Sequence record: MT023084.1
Source: Citrobacter phage IME-JL8
DNA: 49,832 nt
Reading direction: 5' to 3' (one strand)
The stretch's first letter is position 1. Each line of letters begins with the position of its first letter. The position numbers were made by a program, and so were the translations under genes. Shown piece after piece: positions 1 through 9,199 of the stretch. A model generated the notes under the pieces. The model saw only the letters and a list, made by a program, of their open reading frames with translations, had not been told where the DNA came from and searched no databases.

Positions 1-75
1 CCCTGCGAAGTCCCAAACAAGATGATCTGTCTTCACCATTCCCGCTTCAATCTGCCATTTCTTCAGCAATCGCAT
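1..75. repeat. 75-bp direct terminal repeat (identical to 49758..49832), circular-assembly overlap
   Basis: ccctgcgaagtcccaaacaagatgatctgtcttcaccattcccgcttcaatctgccatttcttcagcaatcgcat is present at both ends; the helicase ORF is in frame across the joint. Confidence 0.97.
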
Positions 76-1365
76 TCCGCGCCCTAAAAGCTGAATCAGC
101 AAGGTAAGCGAACCAATCTTGCGGAGGATTACAGAGAAATCCCAATTCGGCACGTTCACGCCAGTAGTTAACGCCATAACCTGAAACGTGTACTTAATTT
201 TCCCGGCGCGAACGTCGTCTAAAATCGCCTGTCGTTGTTTCGCGTTCGTCTTGTCGGTAATGATCGCGTAAGTGCTTCCGGGCGGTAGTGCGGCGGCGGC
301 TTCCTTGCAATGCCTCTGCCCGGCGCAAGTGATTAGAACAGCGTTTCGTTTTTCCGCCTCCTTCGCGACCATGTGCATAATCTTTTCGGTTAAAGACTTG
401 TTCGCCAGCGCTTCGGCTTCCATCTTTTTCAAGTCTTTATCGCTGAAGTCTGCTACGCCGTCTTCGCTGGATGCCGTGAAGCCTTCATAGTTGTAGTGAA
501 CGCCGGAAGTGGAACCGAACACTGTCGGCACAACGGAACCGAATTCGATCAGGTAGTTGGTATCAATGTTCGTCACCTGCTCACGCCAGAATCCGACCAT
601 CTTCGGATTTTCGACAAGAATCGGCACAACTCCGCGATATTCCGATCCGGTCATTCCGAACACTCGCAATTCGTGACCGTGAACCTCACGACAACGACGC
701 ATCATTTCGACAATGATTACGGTGTACTGTGAACGCTTTGTCCCGGTGGCAGGTAAACCGTCCTTACCGATCAGCGGAATATCGCCATTCATTACGATTT
801 GACCTTTATCCGCCGTCATTTGTTCGTAAGATTCGTCGCCCTCAATCGCTTTCGCTACGTCTTCCCAATCGACTTGGTGACATTCATCGATCCCGATTAC
901 GTGCGGCACGAAGTCGGATAGTTCGTTAAACAGGCCGTTACCGACAGTACCTTCGGAACCGACTACGATCGGGAAGTAGCAAGACTTGATACCCAGCGAC
1001 GCGGAAAAGATAGAGTTAGGAACTCCGAAATTGTCGATCTCTTCACTATCCTGATCGACAATCTCACCCTGTCGGGCAAGAACCATCATTTTCAAGCCCA
1101 TAGCTTGACACTGTTTCGCAACCATCGCGAAGATTATTGTTTTACCTGCCGATACCGACGCCTTCACATAGAACGGGTGTTCGTAGTCCTTACCTAAGCG
1201 CTTCGCGATCTCGAAGTACGCCGCGACCTGATATTCGTAAGGCTTAATGTCGCCGACAGTGAAGCGCTCTTGTGTGCGCCTGATATACTCTTCGCCCAGC
1301 ATTTCGATCTGCTTTTTGATGTTTTGCGTTTTGAAATACTGTCGCGTTTCGTTGCTAATTTTCAC
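1..1365 (-). CDS. SF2 DEAD/DEAH-like helicase, N-terminal part; continues at 49832..49071
   Basis: minus frame is open from GTG 1365 to position 1; motif I ASVSAGKT, motif II IGIDECHQ, motif VI QLLGRGMR; SD-like AAAGGA upstream of GTG. Confidence 0.9.
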   Translation of the reverse strand, partial: MKISNETRQYFKTQNIKKQIEMLGEEYIRRTQERFTVGDIKPYEYQVAAYFEIAKRLGKDYEHPFYVKASVSAGKTIIFAMVAKQCQAMGLKMMVLARQGEIVDQDSEEIDNFGVPNSIFSASLGIKSCYFPIVVGSEGTVGNGLFNELSDFVPHVIGIDECHQVDWEDVAKAIEGDESYEQMTADKGQIVMNGDIPLIGKDGLPATGTKRSQYTVIIVEMMRRCREVHGHELRVFGMTGSEYRGVVPILVENPKMVGFWREQVTNIDTNYLIEFGSVVPTVFGSTSGVHYNYEGFTASSEDGVADFSDKDLKKMEAEALANKSLTEKIMHMVAKEAEKRNAVLITCAGQRHCKEAAAALPPGSTYAIITDKTNAKQRQAILDDVRAGKIKYTFQVMALTTGVNVPNWDFSVILRKIGSLTLLIQLLGRGMRLLKKWQIEAGMVKTDHLVWDFAG

Positions 1366-1378
1366 GAATTTTAATCCT

Positions 1379-1407
1379 TTGCGTAGATGCTTCGTTGATT
1401 GTATAAT
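1379..1407 (+). promoter_or_regulatory. sigma70-like promoter for HTH gene (TTGCGT-17-TATAAT)
   Basis: TTGCGT 1379-1384, TATAAT 1402-1407; operator lies about +16 to +30 downstream. Confidence 0.5.
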
Positions 1408-1444
1408 ACACGCATTGACGAAACAGTTTTAACAAAAAATGCTA
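1396..1444 (-). promoter_or_regulatory. operator-promoter module for helicase (TAGCATTTTTTGTTA, 21 nt, TATTAT); also in the HTH gene leader
   Basis: 15-bp palindrome family member at 1430..1444; minus -10 at 1408..1403. Confidence 0.6.
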
Positions 1445-1458
1445 TTGAGGAATTTACT

Positions 1459-1905
1459 ATGACGATGAAACGTATTGCAGAATCAACTGGTGAAATCGAC
1501 CGTCGCCACATCAACGGGAATAATGGTACACGACGCGGGAAAGATATCAAGCCCCGCCAGCGATGCGGATTCTACATCCTGAAGGACGAAGTACGCGCCG
1601 GACTACGCGCCCGACTTGACGCGTTAATCGAATATTACGGTTCGCCGTCCGCAACAGCTAAGGCGCTGAAAGTGACCAATCAGAACGTGAACGAATGGAA
1701 AGTTCGCGGCATGATTTCGTGGCAAGGCGCTGAAGCGGCGCATCGCGCATACCGCCGACAAGGTTGTAAAGGATATCGCGCAAGCTGGCTTCGCTTCGAT
1801 ATCAAGTTCGACAGTAACGGCAAGTGCTTAGAAAAGCGTTGCAAGAATCGCAAGTTTATGCGCGTTGTTCGAAAAGATGAAACGACGCAAAGCACAAATA
1901 GCTAA
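1459..1905 (+). CDS. Cro/YdaS-like helix-turn-helix DNA-binding protein, candidate regulator
   Basis: internal start of track ORF preceded by GAGG; GSPSATAKALKVTNQNVNEWKVRGMISWQGAEAAHR resembles a Cro-like HTH. Confidence 0.65.
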   Translation: MTMKRIAESTGEIDRRHINGNNGTRRGKDIKPRQRCGFYILKDEVRAGLRARLDALIEYYGSPSATAKALKVTNQNVNEWKVRGMISWQGAEAAHRAYRRQGCKGYRASWLRFDIKFDSNGKCLEKRCKNRKFMRVVRKDETTQSTNS

Positions 1906-1940
1906 AACAATGAACGCGTAGCGGGTTAGAATCTCGTTAC
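1890..1940 (+). promoter_or_regulatory. operator-promoter-hairpin module upstream of primase gene
   Basis: AAGCACAAATAGCTA, 22 nt, TAGAAT enclosed by ACGCGTA...TACGCGT. Confidence 0.6.
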
Positions 1941-1949
1941 GCGTTTTTT
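1914..1949 (+). terminator. intrinsic terminator overlapping the module promoter
   Basis: ACGCGTA-loop-TACGCGT followed by TTTTTTA. Confidence 0.65.
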
Positions 1950-1964
1950 ATTGGAGCAAAGAAG

Positions 1965-2909
1965 ATGCACGAAGATAATATGATGTACCAGAAAGAAGAC
2001 GTTTTGCCGTACATGAAAGGAATGTGGCGGGAGGCGTTACAATCGATCTGCAACCTACCGAATGACGTGTTCAACAAAAAACACCAATCTTGCCCGAATT
2101 GCGGAGGTAAAGACCGCTTCAGATGGACGGACAAATTAAAGGAAGCTGGCGACGGCGGCGCGATCTGTAACTCTTGCGGCAACGATACCGGGATCGGCTG
2201 GATGATGAAGCTTACCGGGTGCGAATACAGCGAAGTGATTAACATCTTAGGCCGCTTTTTGGGTAAGGTTCCGCAAGAATACGTTATTAAGGCCAACAAA
2301 AAAGCCCGTCGAACTCCGGTTCACAATGTCGGCGTAGCAATGGCGGAGCATGAACAATGTGTCGCAGTAATGGAGCGAACAGAAAAGCGCGACAGGACAC
2401 CTCTTTCGATGTTTGAAGGGATTTATCTTCCGGGAGATGAATCTTACGATGTGGGCGTAAAAACGCTGGAGAATGGCGGGGAATCGCTTATTCATGCGTT
2501 GCCGTGTCGCATGGTGCATGAAGACGGATTAGACGATGAATTTTGCAACATCCTGTTTATCGACGAAGAAGGGCGCGAATCGTTTTACGCGAAGAAATAT
2601 ACAGCCGCCTCCGTTGTCGTGAGTGGTTCAACCGACAAGGCGATTTACCTTTGCCTAAACTGGATCGACTCGCAACATGTACACCTTGCAACAGGTCAAG
2701 AAGTCTGGACGTGCTTTACTCCTGAAAATCTGGAAATGGTAGCCTATCGCTACAAAGGAGAACGGGAAATGCGCGTCGCATGTACGCCGAGAGATCGTGA
2801 TACGCTTTACATGGCGGACGACAGGGAATTGAAAGTTATCATTCCGAACGAAGGCGGCTTCCGATCTGGAATGCAACGAAAAATATTTAATGCAAGTGAT
2901 TTACTCTAA
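1965..2909 (+). CDS. primase-like protein with zinc ribbon
   Basis: SCPNCGGKDRFRWTD...GAICNSCGNDTGIGWMMK matches a P4/T7-type primase zinc-ribbon pattern. Confidence 0.75.
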   Translation: MHEDNMMYQKEDVLPYMKGMWREALQSICNLPNDVFNKKHQSCPNCGGKDRFRWTDKLKEAGDGGAICNSCGNDTGIGWMMKLTGCEYSEVINILGRFLGKVPQEYVIKANKKARRTPVHNVGVAMAEHEQCVAVMERTEKRDRTPLSMFEGIYLPGDESYDVGVKTLENGGESLIHALPCRMVHEDGLDDEFCNILFIDEEGRESFYAKKYTAASVVVSGSTDKAIYLCLNWIDSQHVHLATGQEVWTCFTPENLEMVAYRYKGEREMRVACTPRDRDTLYMADDRELKVIIPNEGGFRSGMQRKIFNASDLL

Positions 2910-2930
2910 CCCGCTTCGGCGGGTTTTTTA
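2908..2930 (+). terminator. intrinsic terminator
   Basis: AACCCGCTTCGGCGGGTTTTTT. Confidence 0.8.
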
Positions 2931-3009
2931 TTTCCCTATTGCCGCACACATAACACAATGCTAAAATCATGGTTTATCAAATAGTGCTATTTACTTGGAG
3001 GATTTACAA

Positions 3010-5061
3010 ATGGCTTTATACAGACAAGGCGAAGCGTCAATGACGGCAGAAGGACAAGTAACGGGCGTCGGTACTCAATGGCGCGAACCGTTATCCCTGA
3101 TCCGCAAAGGCGCAACTATAGTTTTCCTTACTACCCCATTGAAGCTGGCGGTAATCAACACGATCGATAGCGATACGGAAATGACCGCCATTACGACGGA
3201 CGGCGAAGCGGTGGCGCAATCCAAATATGTGATCCTGTTGAATGACTCGTTAACCGTTGACGGCATGGCGCAAGACGTAGCCGAAACGCTTCGTTACTAC
3301 CAGAGCAAAGAAACGGAAATAGAGGAAGCAATTGAATTCTTCAAAAACTTTGACCTTAAAACATTACAGGATCTTGTTGCTCGCGCGGAAGCAGCCACTC
3401 AATCGACAAGTGCGGATCGTGCTGCCACTGAGCAATTGAAGAATGAAACCAATCAGTTCAGGGCTGAGGCGTTAAATGCTCGTGATGAAGCGGAGGACGC
3501 TCGCGACGCCGCTGATATTGCAAGATCTGGCGCTGAGGCTGCAAAGTCTGGCGCTGATACAGCAAAGGCTGGCGCTGAAACGGCACGTGACCAGGCTCAA
3601 CAGTGGGCGCAAAGCGTCAATCCTGAAAACCTGCTTCATAAGGATCAGAACTTAGCTGATCTGACGGATAAGAACGCTTCAAGGGTTTCTTTAGAGTTAG
3701 ATAGAATCAGACAGCTTGCAGGTGAAACAATAATTAGATCGCCTGATGGAAAATATTTGACAATAAACCAATCCAATTGGGGTTATTGGGATCCGGTTGC
3801 TAATAAATTTGTTCCTTTAGGAATTCAGCAAGGAGGCACTGGTGCAAATTCAGACAAGGGATCGAGAAATAACCTTAACGTTCCGGTTGGGAATAAGGCC
3901 ATTGCAGTACCAAATAACTCCAATATACTTTCATTCATTGCAAGTCAAGGCGAAAGCGGTTTTTACTCAAGTGGTGAGCTTATTACATTTGGGCCACCAG
4001 AGGTTGCTGGATGGTGGATGTATAAGGCTCATGTTAACGGGGTAAACGAGCAAGGCCATATGATATATGGAAATATTGAAGCAACAGGAAGTACTGGAAA
4101 TAAGTGGGGGTGCGTCTGTGATAATGGTTCTTTTGGTCCGTGGACAAGGATATCAAGATCTGACAATAGATTAATGATAACGCAACCTAATAACGTTCCA
4201 GCTTTGGGTGATTATTCCATTGCAATAGGTGATAATGATTCTGGTTTTGCGTGGGTTAGCGACGGTAACATTGTGGCAATGTCTGACGGCCAAAACATTT
4301 TTGGGTGGACACCTTTCAATGTAACGTTTAACAAGATTATAGCGGTTAACGTTCCTGATACGGAAAGATCTTTTTATGTTGGTGGAACAAGGAGGGGTGA
4401 TTCGAACGCCGTTGTTGTTGGTAAAGTTGAAGGTGGAGGTTGGGATCAGTGGCGTGAAAGGTCTGCCGGATTGCTTGTTGAGGCACAAGATAGAGACTCC
4501 GCTGTAGCGATTTGGAAAGCTGTAAGATTGGGTAATGAGTTCATTAGCGGAATGAGCACAACGGTTGACAATAACAATAACTACCAAGTTCGTTTAAATG
4601 TCGCTGGCGCTAGCTTTATATTTGGTAGTGATAGCGTGGGAACTGCGGGGCAATGGATTAGCACATCTGATATTCGTTTAAAGGCCCAGTTAAAGTATAT
4701 TGTAGGGGCAAAGGAAAAGGTTAAATCTATAAAGGGATGTACTTACTTTAAACGAAATGGACTTGAAGAAGATGAGCATTCTATTTACTCCGAGGAAGCT
4801 GGAGTAATTGCCCAGGACGTGCAATCTGTTTTACCGGAGGCTGTTTATAAGGTTGGCGGTAGTGATTATTTGGGTGTTAACTATGGCGGTGTGACTGCTC
4901 TACTGGTTAACGCGATCAATGAAATGATTGATGATTCAGAAAAGCAGAACGAAACCATTGCAAAACAGAAAGAGGAAATTAACGCATTAAAGATTGAAGT
5001 TGATGAGATGAAAAAGGCAATAGAGGAAATGAAAGCGCTTATTGTCCAAACTGCTAAGTAA
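3010..5061 (+). CDS. tail fibre with C-terminal S74-type intramolecular chaperone domain
   Basis: Ala-rich repeat region (AAKSGADTAKAGAETARDQA), then SDIRLKAQ...GVIAQDVQSVLPEAV and a C-terminal coiled coil; SD GGAGGA before ATG 3010. Confidence 0.85.
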   Translation: MALYRQGEASMTAEGQVTGVGTQWREPLSLIRKGATIVFLTTPLKLAVINTIDSDTEMTAITTDGEAVAQSKYVILLNDSLTVDGMAQDVAETLRYYQSKETEIEEAIEFFKNFDLKTLQDLVARAEAATQSTSADRAATEQLKNETNQFRAEALNARDEAEDARDAADIARSGAEAAKSGADTAKAGAETARDQAQQWAQSVNPENLLHKDQNLADLTDKNASRVSLELDRIRQLAGETIIRSPDGKYLTINQSNWGYWDPVANKFVPLGIQQGGTGANSDKGSRNNLNVPVGNKAIAVPNNSNILSFIASQGESGFYSSGELITFGPPEVAGWWMYKAHVNGVNEQGHMIYGNIEATGSTGNKWGCVCDNGSFGPWTRISRSDNRLMITQPNNVPALGDYSIAIGDNDSGFAWVSDGNIVAMSDGQNIFGWTPFNVTFNKIIAVNVPDTERSFYVGGTRRGDSNAVVVGKVEGGGWDQWRERSAGLLVEAQDRDSAVAIWKAVRLGNEFISGMSTTVDNNNNYQVRLNVAGASFIFGSDSVGTAGQWISTSDIRLKAQLKYIVGAKEKVKSIKGCTYFKRNGLEEDEHSIYSEEAGVIAQDVQSVLPEAVYKVGGSDYLGVNYGGVTALLVNAINEMIDDSEKQNETIAKQKEEINALKIEVDEMKKAIEEMKALIVQTAK

Positions 5062-5064
5062 TAA

Positions 5065-5095
5065 AAAAGGAGCCGAAAGGCTCCTTTATTTTTTC
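5065..5095. terminator. bidirectional terminator between convergent tail fibre and SSB genes
   Basis: AAAAAAGGAGCCgaaaGGCTCCTTTATTTTTT. Confidence 0.85.
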
Positions 5096-5097
5096 TG

Positions 5098-5508
5098 TTA
5101 GAACGGGATATCGTCGTCGAATCCCTGTTGAGGTTGGGGCTGTCGCTGCTGTGTCGATTGCCCGCCGCCTTGCTGTTGTGGTGCTTGACTTTCTCCGCGC
5201 TGGCTAAATATCAGTCGCGGGAAGTCTGCCGCCTGAAGCGTGTTGTAAATCGTTCCGTTGTGCTCGCGTGAAGAAATCTTCAGCGTTTCGCACGATACCG
5301 AAATGACCTTCCCGTTCTGGAATGCTTCAGCGTACCATTGCGCTAAACCGGGCTTACCGCCGTCACTAAAGAAGAAAGTGTAGTTCGTATATTCGCGGTT
5401 GCCGTCGCGCGGCTTGTAACTTTCTGCCAGTTCGACGATGTAAACAGTAGAGCCATTGCGATCTAATGTTTTCGGTTCCTTGCGGATTTCACCTGTAATT
5501 ACGTGCAT
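5098..5508 (-). CDS. ssb: single-stranded DNA-binding protein
   Basis: OB-fold-like N-terminus, Gln-rich linker, acidic tail ending GFDDDIPF. Confidence 0.75.
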   Translation of the reverse strand: MHVITGEIRKEPKTLDRNGSTVYIVELAESYKPRDGNREYTNYTFFFSDGGKPGLAQWYAEAFQNGKVISVSCETLKISSREHNGTIYNTLQAADFPRLIFSQRGESQAPQQQGGGQSTQQRQPQPQQGFDDDIPF

Positions 5509-5554
5509 TCTTTAATCTCCTGTAAAAATGGGCGACCTTCGCCGCCCGTTGATA

Positions 5555-6208
5555 TTATTCGAAATCGTTGATTGATTGAGATTGTACCGCTTGACGCTGT
5601 TCCGGTTCAACTGGTTTTTTCTGTTCCGGCTTTTCAGCCGGGCGGAATCCGCGCGCTTTACCAACTTCAAATTTCGCTTTCAATTTGTTGTAGTGATCTT
5701 GGACGATTGCTTTGTTTGCCGCGTCACACTGTCTAAACGCTGTCGCCCAAACATCTTTTAACTGTTCGAAATCTTCGCATTCGTCAAGATCCTTTTTCCA
5801 ATCCGCCGCCGACTTGACAGCTAATTGCGCGTCGTCGTCCGCTTGACTGATACCCAGCGCCGCCGCTAATCCGTAACGTCGTGCGTAGGTCATTGCAGAT
5901 CCTACGCCTTGCGGGTCGCGTTTAGCGATTGGCATAGCCATAAAGAACCGGGCGAATTGACCACTTTCCGCGTGAACAAGCATTGTTTCAAGATGGAAAG
6001 TTGTGTCGGTGCTTGTGTCTAGCATGGATTGCATAATCATGATCCCGTTGTCCGTCAATGCCGGGGTGACGGCTTCCATCATGGAATCAAGCGTCGCATA
6101 TTTGTTTTTCAGGTGCGTGTTTTGCTTGTCTTTCTTCGCCTTTACGAACTTGCCACGCGCTTTAAACAGTGCTGGAAGGATTTGATCGGATTGTTGGGAA
6201 AGAATCAT
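5555..6208 (-). CDS. erf: ERF-family single-strand annealing recombinase
   Basis: LKNKYATLDSMMEAVTPALTDNGIMIMQ...DPQGVGSAMTYARRYGLAAALGI. Confidence 0.85.
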   Translation of the reverse strand: MILSQQSDQILPALFKARGKFVKAKKDKQNTHLKNKYATLDSMMEAVTPALTDNGIMIMQSMLDTSTDTTFHLETMLVHAESGQFARFFMAMPIAKRDPQGVGSAMTYARRYGLAAALGISQADDDAQLAVKSAADWKKDLDECEDFEQLKDVWATAFRQCDAANKAIVQDHYNKLKAKFEVGKARGFRPAEKPEQKKPVEPEQRQAVQSQSINDFE

Positions 6209-6239
6209 TTCGTTATCTCCTGATTGGTTTTGTTTACGG

Positions 6240-6286
6240 GATGAATTATATCACCCCGCATTTTATATGTTTAGCTATTTGTGCTG
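6240..6286 (-). promoter_or_regulatory. operator-promoter module for the recombination genes (CAGCACAAATAGCTA, 21 nt, TATAAT)
   Basis: palindrome variant 6272..6286; -10 TATAAT within GGGGTGA/TCATCCC. Confidence 0.55.
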
Positions 6287-6290
6287 TTTA

Positions 6291-7361
6291 TTATAATGCG
6301 TGTTTGTACTGATACCTCACCCACTGAGGCGTTTCTAAATCGACTTCAGCCGCGCCGTTAGCATATGAAGGCCATACGTCTGATTCTACGCACTCTTTGT
6401 ATGTGTGAACTACGCTAACGTATTGTGTACGCCCGATTCGAAGCTGTTCCGGCGTCATACGATAGCCCATCGGCAAGAATGGTTCCTTCTTCTCTTGAGC
6501 AAGGAGGCGGACAACAATCGGGATATTCGGATCGACTCCTTCGAATGCCCCAGCCTGAATTGCTCGCTTCAGTAAGTCATGCTGTAACGCCATTTTCAAA
6601 TAGTAGCCGTGATTAAATGCCAATCGCGGAAACTCCAACGGGTTAGCGCTTGTCGTAGTTTTGAAGTCGGTAATCACTAGCGCTTCAGGATGAATAACCG
6701 TTTCGTAAACCGGATCGCCTTCGTCGGAATAACCAGTCAGCACACGCGCTTCGACGTTCTCGCGTAAATCTAAGTGATCGAGTCGAACCTTAACCTTCAC
6801 GCCGGAAATCGTTCCGAAGATTGAAACTTCGTGCATTGCTGTTTCACTGTTGATGCAAGCGTCATGTTCCGGGATTGATTCAAGAACTTTTCGCATTGTA
6901 ACGCAAGCGTCGTATGCTTCGGCGTCTACTAACTGCTTGCCTTCTGCCCGCGCTTCGGCTTCCGCCACCATTTCAATCAGGTATTGAACGTTAAGCATTT
7001 CGCCACAATCAACCATCATTTTAATCAGATCTGGATACTGCTTCCCGGAAGTACCTTTCAGGCCAAATGATTTTAATTTCGACGCAAGCGCCGTTTGCGA
7101 TGTGATCAGATCCTTAAACTCGGACGGAGCCGGGCAACGTTTGTAAGTCGCTTCAAACAATTTTTTGCTTTCGAAGTTCGTGTGCGATTGTGTCCCGAAC
7201 TCCAGCGCCTTAGTTGTCTGATTCTTCTTAAATCTCCAGTTAGCCGGGCAGGTATTGAAGATATCGGCAAGGCTTGAGCCGCTTACGTACTCCGCCGCCC
7301 AACCTTTCGGATCGTGGTATTCGTCGTTGGTAAGCTGTTTGTTGGTGAATACTTTAAACAT
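6291..7361 (-). CDS. PD-(D/E)XK (RecB-like) exonuclease
   Basis: TKALEFGTQSHTNFE, ALVITDFKTTTSANP and a C-terminal helical region. Confidence 0.7.
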   Translation of the reverse strand: MFKVFTNKQLTNDEYHDPKGWAAEYVSGSSLADIFNTCPANWRFKKNQTTKALEFGTQSHTNFESKKLFEATYKRCPAPSEFKDLITSQTALASKLKSFGLKGTSGKQYPDLIKMMVDCGEMLNVQYLIEMVAEAEARAEGKQLVDAEAYDACVTMRKVLESIPEHDACINSETAMHEVSIFGTISGVKVKVRLDHLDLRENVEARVLTGYSDEGDPVYETVIHPEALVITDFKTTTSANPLEFPRLAFNHGYYLKMALQHDLLKRAIQAGAFEGVDPNIPIVVRLLAQEKKEPFLPMGYRMTPEQLRIGRTQYVSVVHTYKECVESDVWPSYANGAAEVDLETPQWVRYQYKHAL

Positions 7362-7386
7362 TCGTTTATCTCCTTCGTTGATGATG

Positions 7387-7424
7387 TGGTCATTATAGCC
7401 AGTAGGAACATTTAGTCAACAGTT
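7387..7424 (-). promoter_or_regulatory. sigma70-like promoter TTGACT-16-TATAAT for the exonuclease gene
   Basis: minus GTTGACTAAATGTTCCTACTGGCTATAATG. Confidence 0.65.
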
Positions 7425-7514
7425 ACGCTGTAATTGTGCGTAATCATTCCTTAGAAAAAATACGATTACACAAAATCTCTATGTAATTCAATACTATAAA
7501 GCGTGTAAAGTTGC

Positions 7515-7815
7515 ATGTATAAGATGTAAGCTTGTAATCACTCTATAGAGAAATATCAACATTCCCCATCGATAACGCATCATTCCATAGAGAATCACTA
7601 TCAATTTGAACGCATCACAAAAAACACGATTACATCGCTTACATTGATTACATGATAATTACACATATAAAAAACCAATTTAAGATTATTATTATTATCT
7701 ATATATTATAAGGAGTTAGCGCATATCTGGGCGCTCTATAGCTGCTCAAATTTTGCGCGGATTCTGTAATCATTAAAATCGTAGACAAAAATTACACAGA
7801 TTACACGTAATAGGA
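7515..7815. promoter_or_regulatory. AT-rich composite intergenic element, copy 1; possible replication origin or early control region
   Basis: shares an ordered motif series with 38049..38335. Confidence 0.45.
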
Positions 7816-7908
7816 TTACGGCGTGATTTTTCCGGATCGCACTTTTTGCCAACAATCACGATCGCAAACGTGTATAATGCCGATAAGCAAACAAATGGAG
7901 GGTATATA

Positions 7909-8136
7909 ATGAAGAAGAAATTTATTGTTGCGTCGATGGCCTTAGCTCTGATTGGTTGCGCTGATATGCCGAAAAGAACGTGTACCGCTATATACGAATC
8001 TGGATCTAACAAATACGAAGTATACGTGTTCGGAACGAGGGTGAGCGGTGAAGAGTTAATGTTGCGAGCTGGGTATCCGTTTTCATTTCACTATGTAAGT
8101 GAAAGGCAGTTCATCTCTCACGACTGCAAGCGATGA
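7909..8136 (+). CDS. small putative lipoprotein
   Basis: MKKKFIVASMALALIGC lipobox; GGAGG upstream. Confidence 0.6.
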   Translation: MKKKFIVASMALALIGCADMPKRTCTAIYESGSNKYEVYVFGTRVSGEELMLRAGYPFSFHYVSERQFISHDCKR

Positions 8137-8142
8137 AAATAT

Positions 8143-8170
8143 AAAGCCCGGTTAATTCCGGGCTTTTTCT
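8143..8170. terminator. bidirectional terminator
   Basis: AAAGCCCGGttaattCCGGGCTTTTT. Confidence 0.85.
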
Positions 8171-8841
8171 TACAGCCCATCAACGTTTATAGCCGTTATC
8201 GTCACTCCTGTATTGAGATAACCGACAACATTACCGCTTGCCGCCTGACTTGATACGGCATTAATCCTTGTCCCGCCTCCACTGTTATATGCTCCAGTAG
8301 ACGCGGATACGTTAATTATCTGTGGCTGTCCCTGAACAAATATTTGTATAAGAGTCGCACCCATAATCATTGGAGACACGGCATAATTCCCCGGAAGAGT
8401 CTGATCGATATTTATCCCCCCGCCATTACCTACAGTACCAACAGTAACAAGATCGGTTAATACCCTGCTTTCATTAGTCAGTATGCAAGTCCCTGACGCG
8501 TCCCATATAGCCATTCCATAGCGCGGGGTTGGTTGCGGGAATCTTGCGAACACATACGCCGTAACTGTGAAGTGCGGGTTATTCCTTCCCTGAATACTAC
8601 CGCCGAATAATATTTGACCGCCCGATCTTGTTGCGCTAAGGGTTGCCCTGTTATCAGATCTCAAGAAAACCATGGCGGGATATGATGGATTAATATCTAT
8701 TGTTCCGCTAGCGCCCTTATAATCAGCGCCAACACCAACGGATGATACTGAAGCCTTAGTGTAAAGAACGAACGGAGTTGATACCGGAGTTATAAACGGA
8801 TGCCCCGAATTACTGTCAATGTAAGCGCCATATCTAGCCAT
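8170..8841 (-). CDS. predicted tail-tip-associated protein of unknown function
   Basis: ORF in the tail operon downstream of J. Confidence 0.5.
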   Translation of the reverse strand: MARYGAYIDSNSGHPFITPVSTPFVLYTKASVSSVGVGADYKGASGTIDINPSYPAMVFLRSDNRATLSATRSGGQILFGGSIQGRNNPHFTVTAYVFARFPQPTPRYGMAIWDASGTCILTNESRVLTDLVTVGTVGNGGGINIDQTLPGNYAVSPMIMGATLIQIFVQGQPQIINVSASTGAYNSGGGTRINAVSSQAASGNVVGYLNTGVTITAINVDGL

Positions 8842-8843
8842 AA

Positions 8844-9149
8844 TTAAGCATTCTCCAAGAATACAACCAATTCACAATTAGATGCCGGGTAGTTACCGAT
8901 CCCGATATCAGACGCCGGATAGATTGAAATGTTATTACCGTTTGCAACTATTCGTCGGCCTATCTTTTGGCCTCCAGTATCAAGCGTTACCGCAAACCCT
9001 ACTTTCATCCCCTGCGGAACATCGAAATTCCATGAGCCGGAATTCTGACCGCTACTAAGATTTATGATTCCAATAACCGAAACTGGCTTAATGCCGTAGT
9101 TATTATAGTTTCCGTTACCGTCCCACGTTCCAATGCCGTAAGAAGCCAT
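8844..9149 (-). CDS. small structural-operon protein of unknown function
   Basis: ORF adjacent to J, Gly/Asn rich. Confidence 0.5.
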   Translation of the reverse strand: MASYGIGTWDGNGNYNNYGIKPVSVIGIINLSSGQNSGSWNFDVPQGMKVGFAVTLDTGGQKIGRRIVANGNNISIYPASDIGIGNYPASNCELVVFLENA

Positions 9150-9199
9150 AATTCGAACCTCCTTAAAAGATATAGGGCGACGCTCGCCGCCCTAAGATT

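Noticed and set aside
1-75. 75-bp terminal repeat as a biological short direct terminal repeat
   Set aside because: Length is compatible with an assembler overlap and it cuts through the middle of the helicase gene, so an assembly circularization artefact is more likely.
272-929. Plus-strand ORFs 272..490, 496..732 and 729..929
   Set aside because: Opposite the helicase frame, which has Walker A and DECH motifs and is open through the window edge.
1965-2909. Standalone full replicative primase-helicase
   Set aside because: A zinc ribbon is clear but no Walker helicase motifs were seen in this ORF, so only a primase-like call is made.
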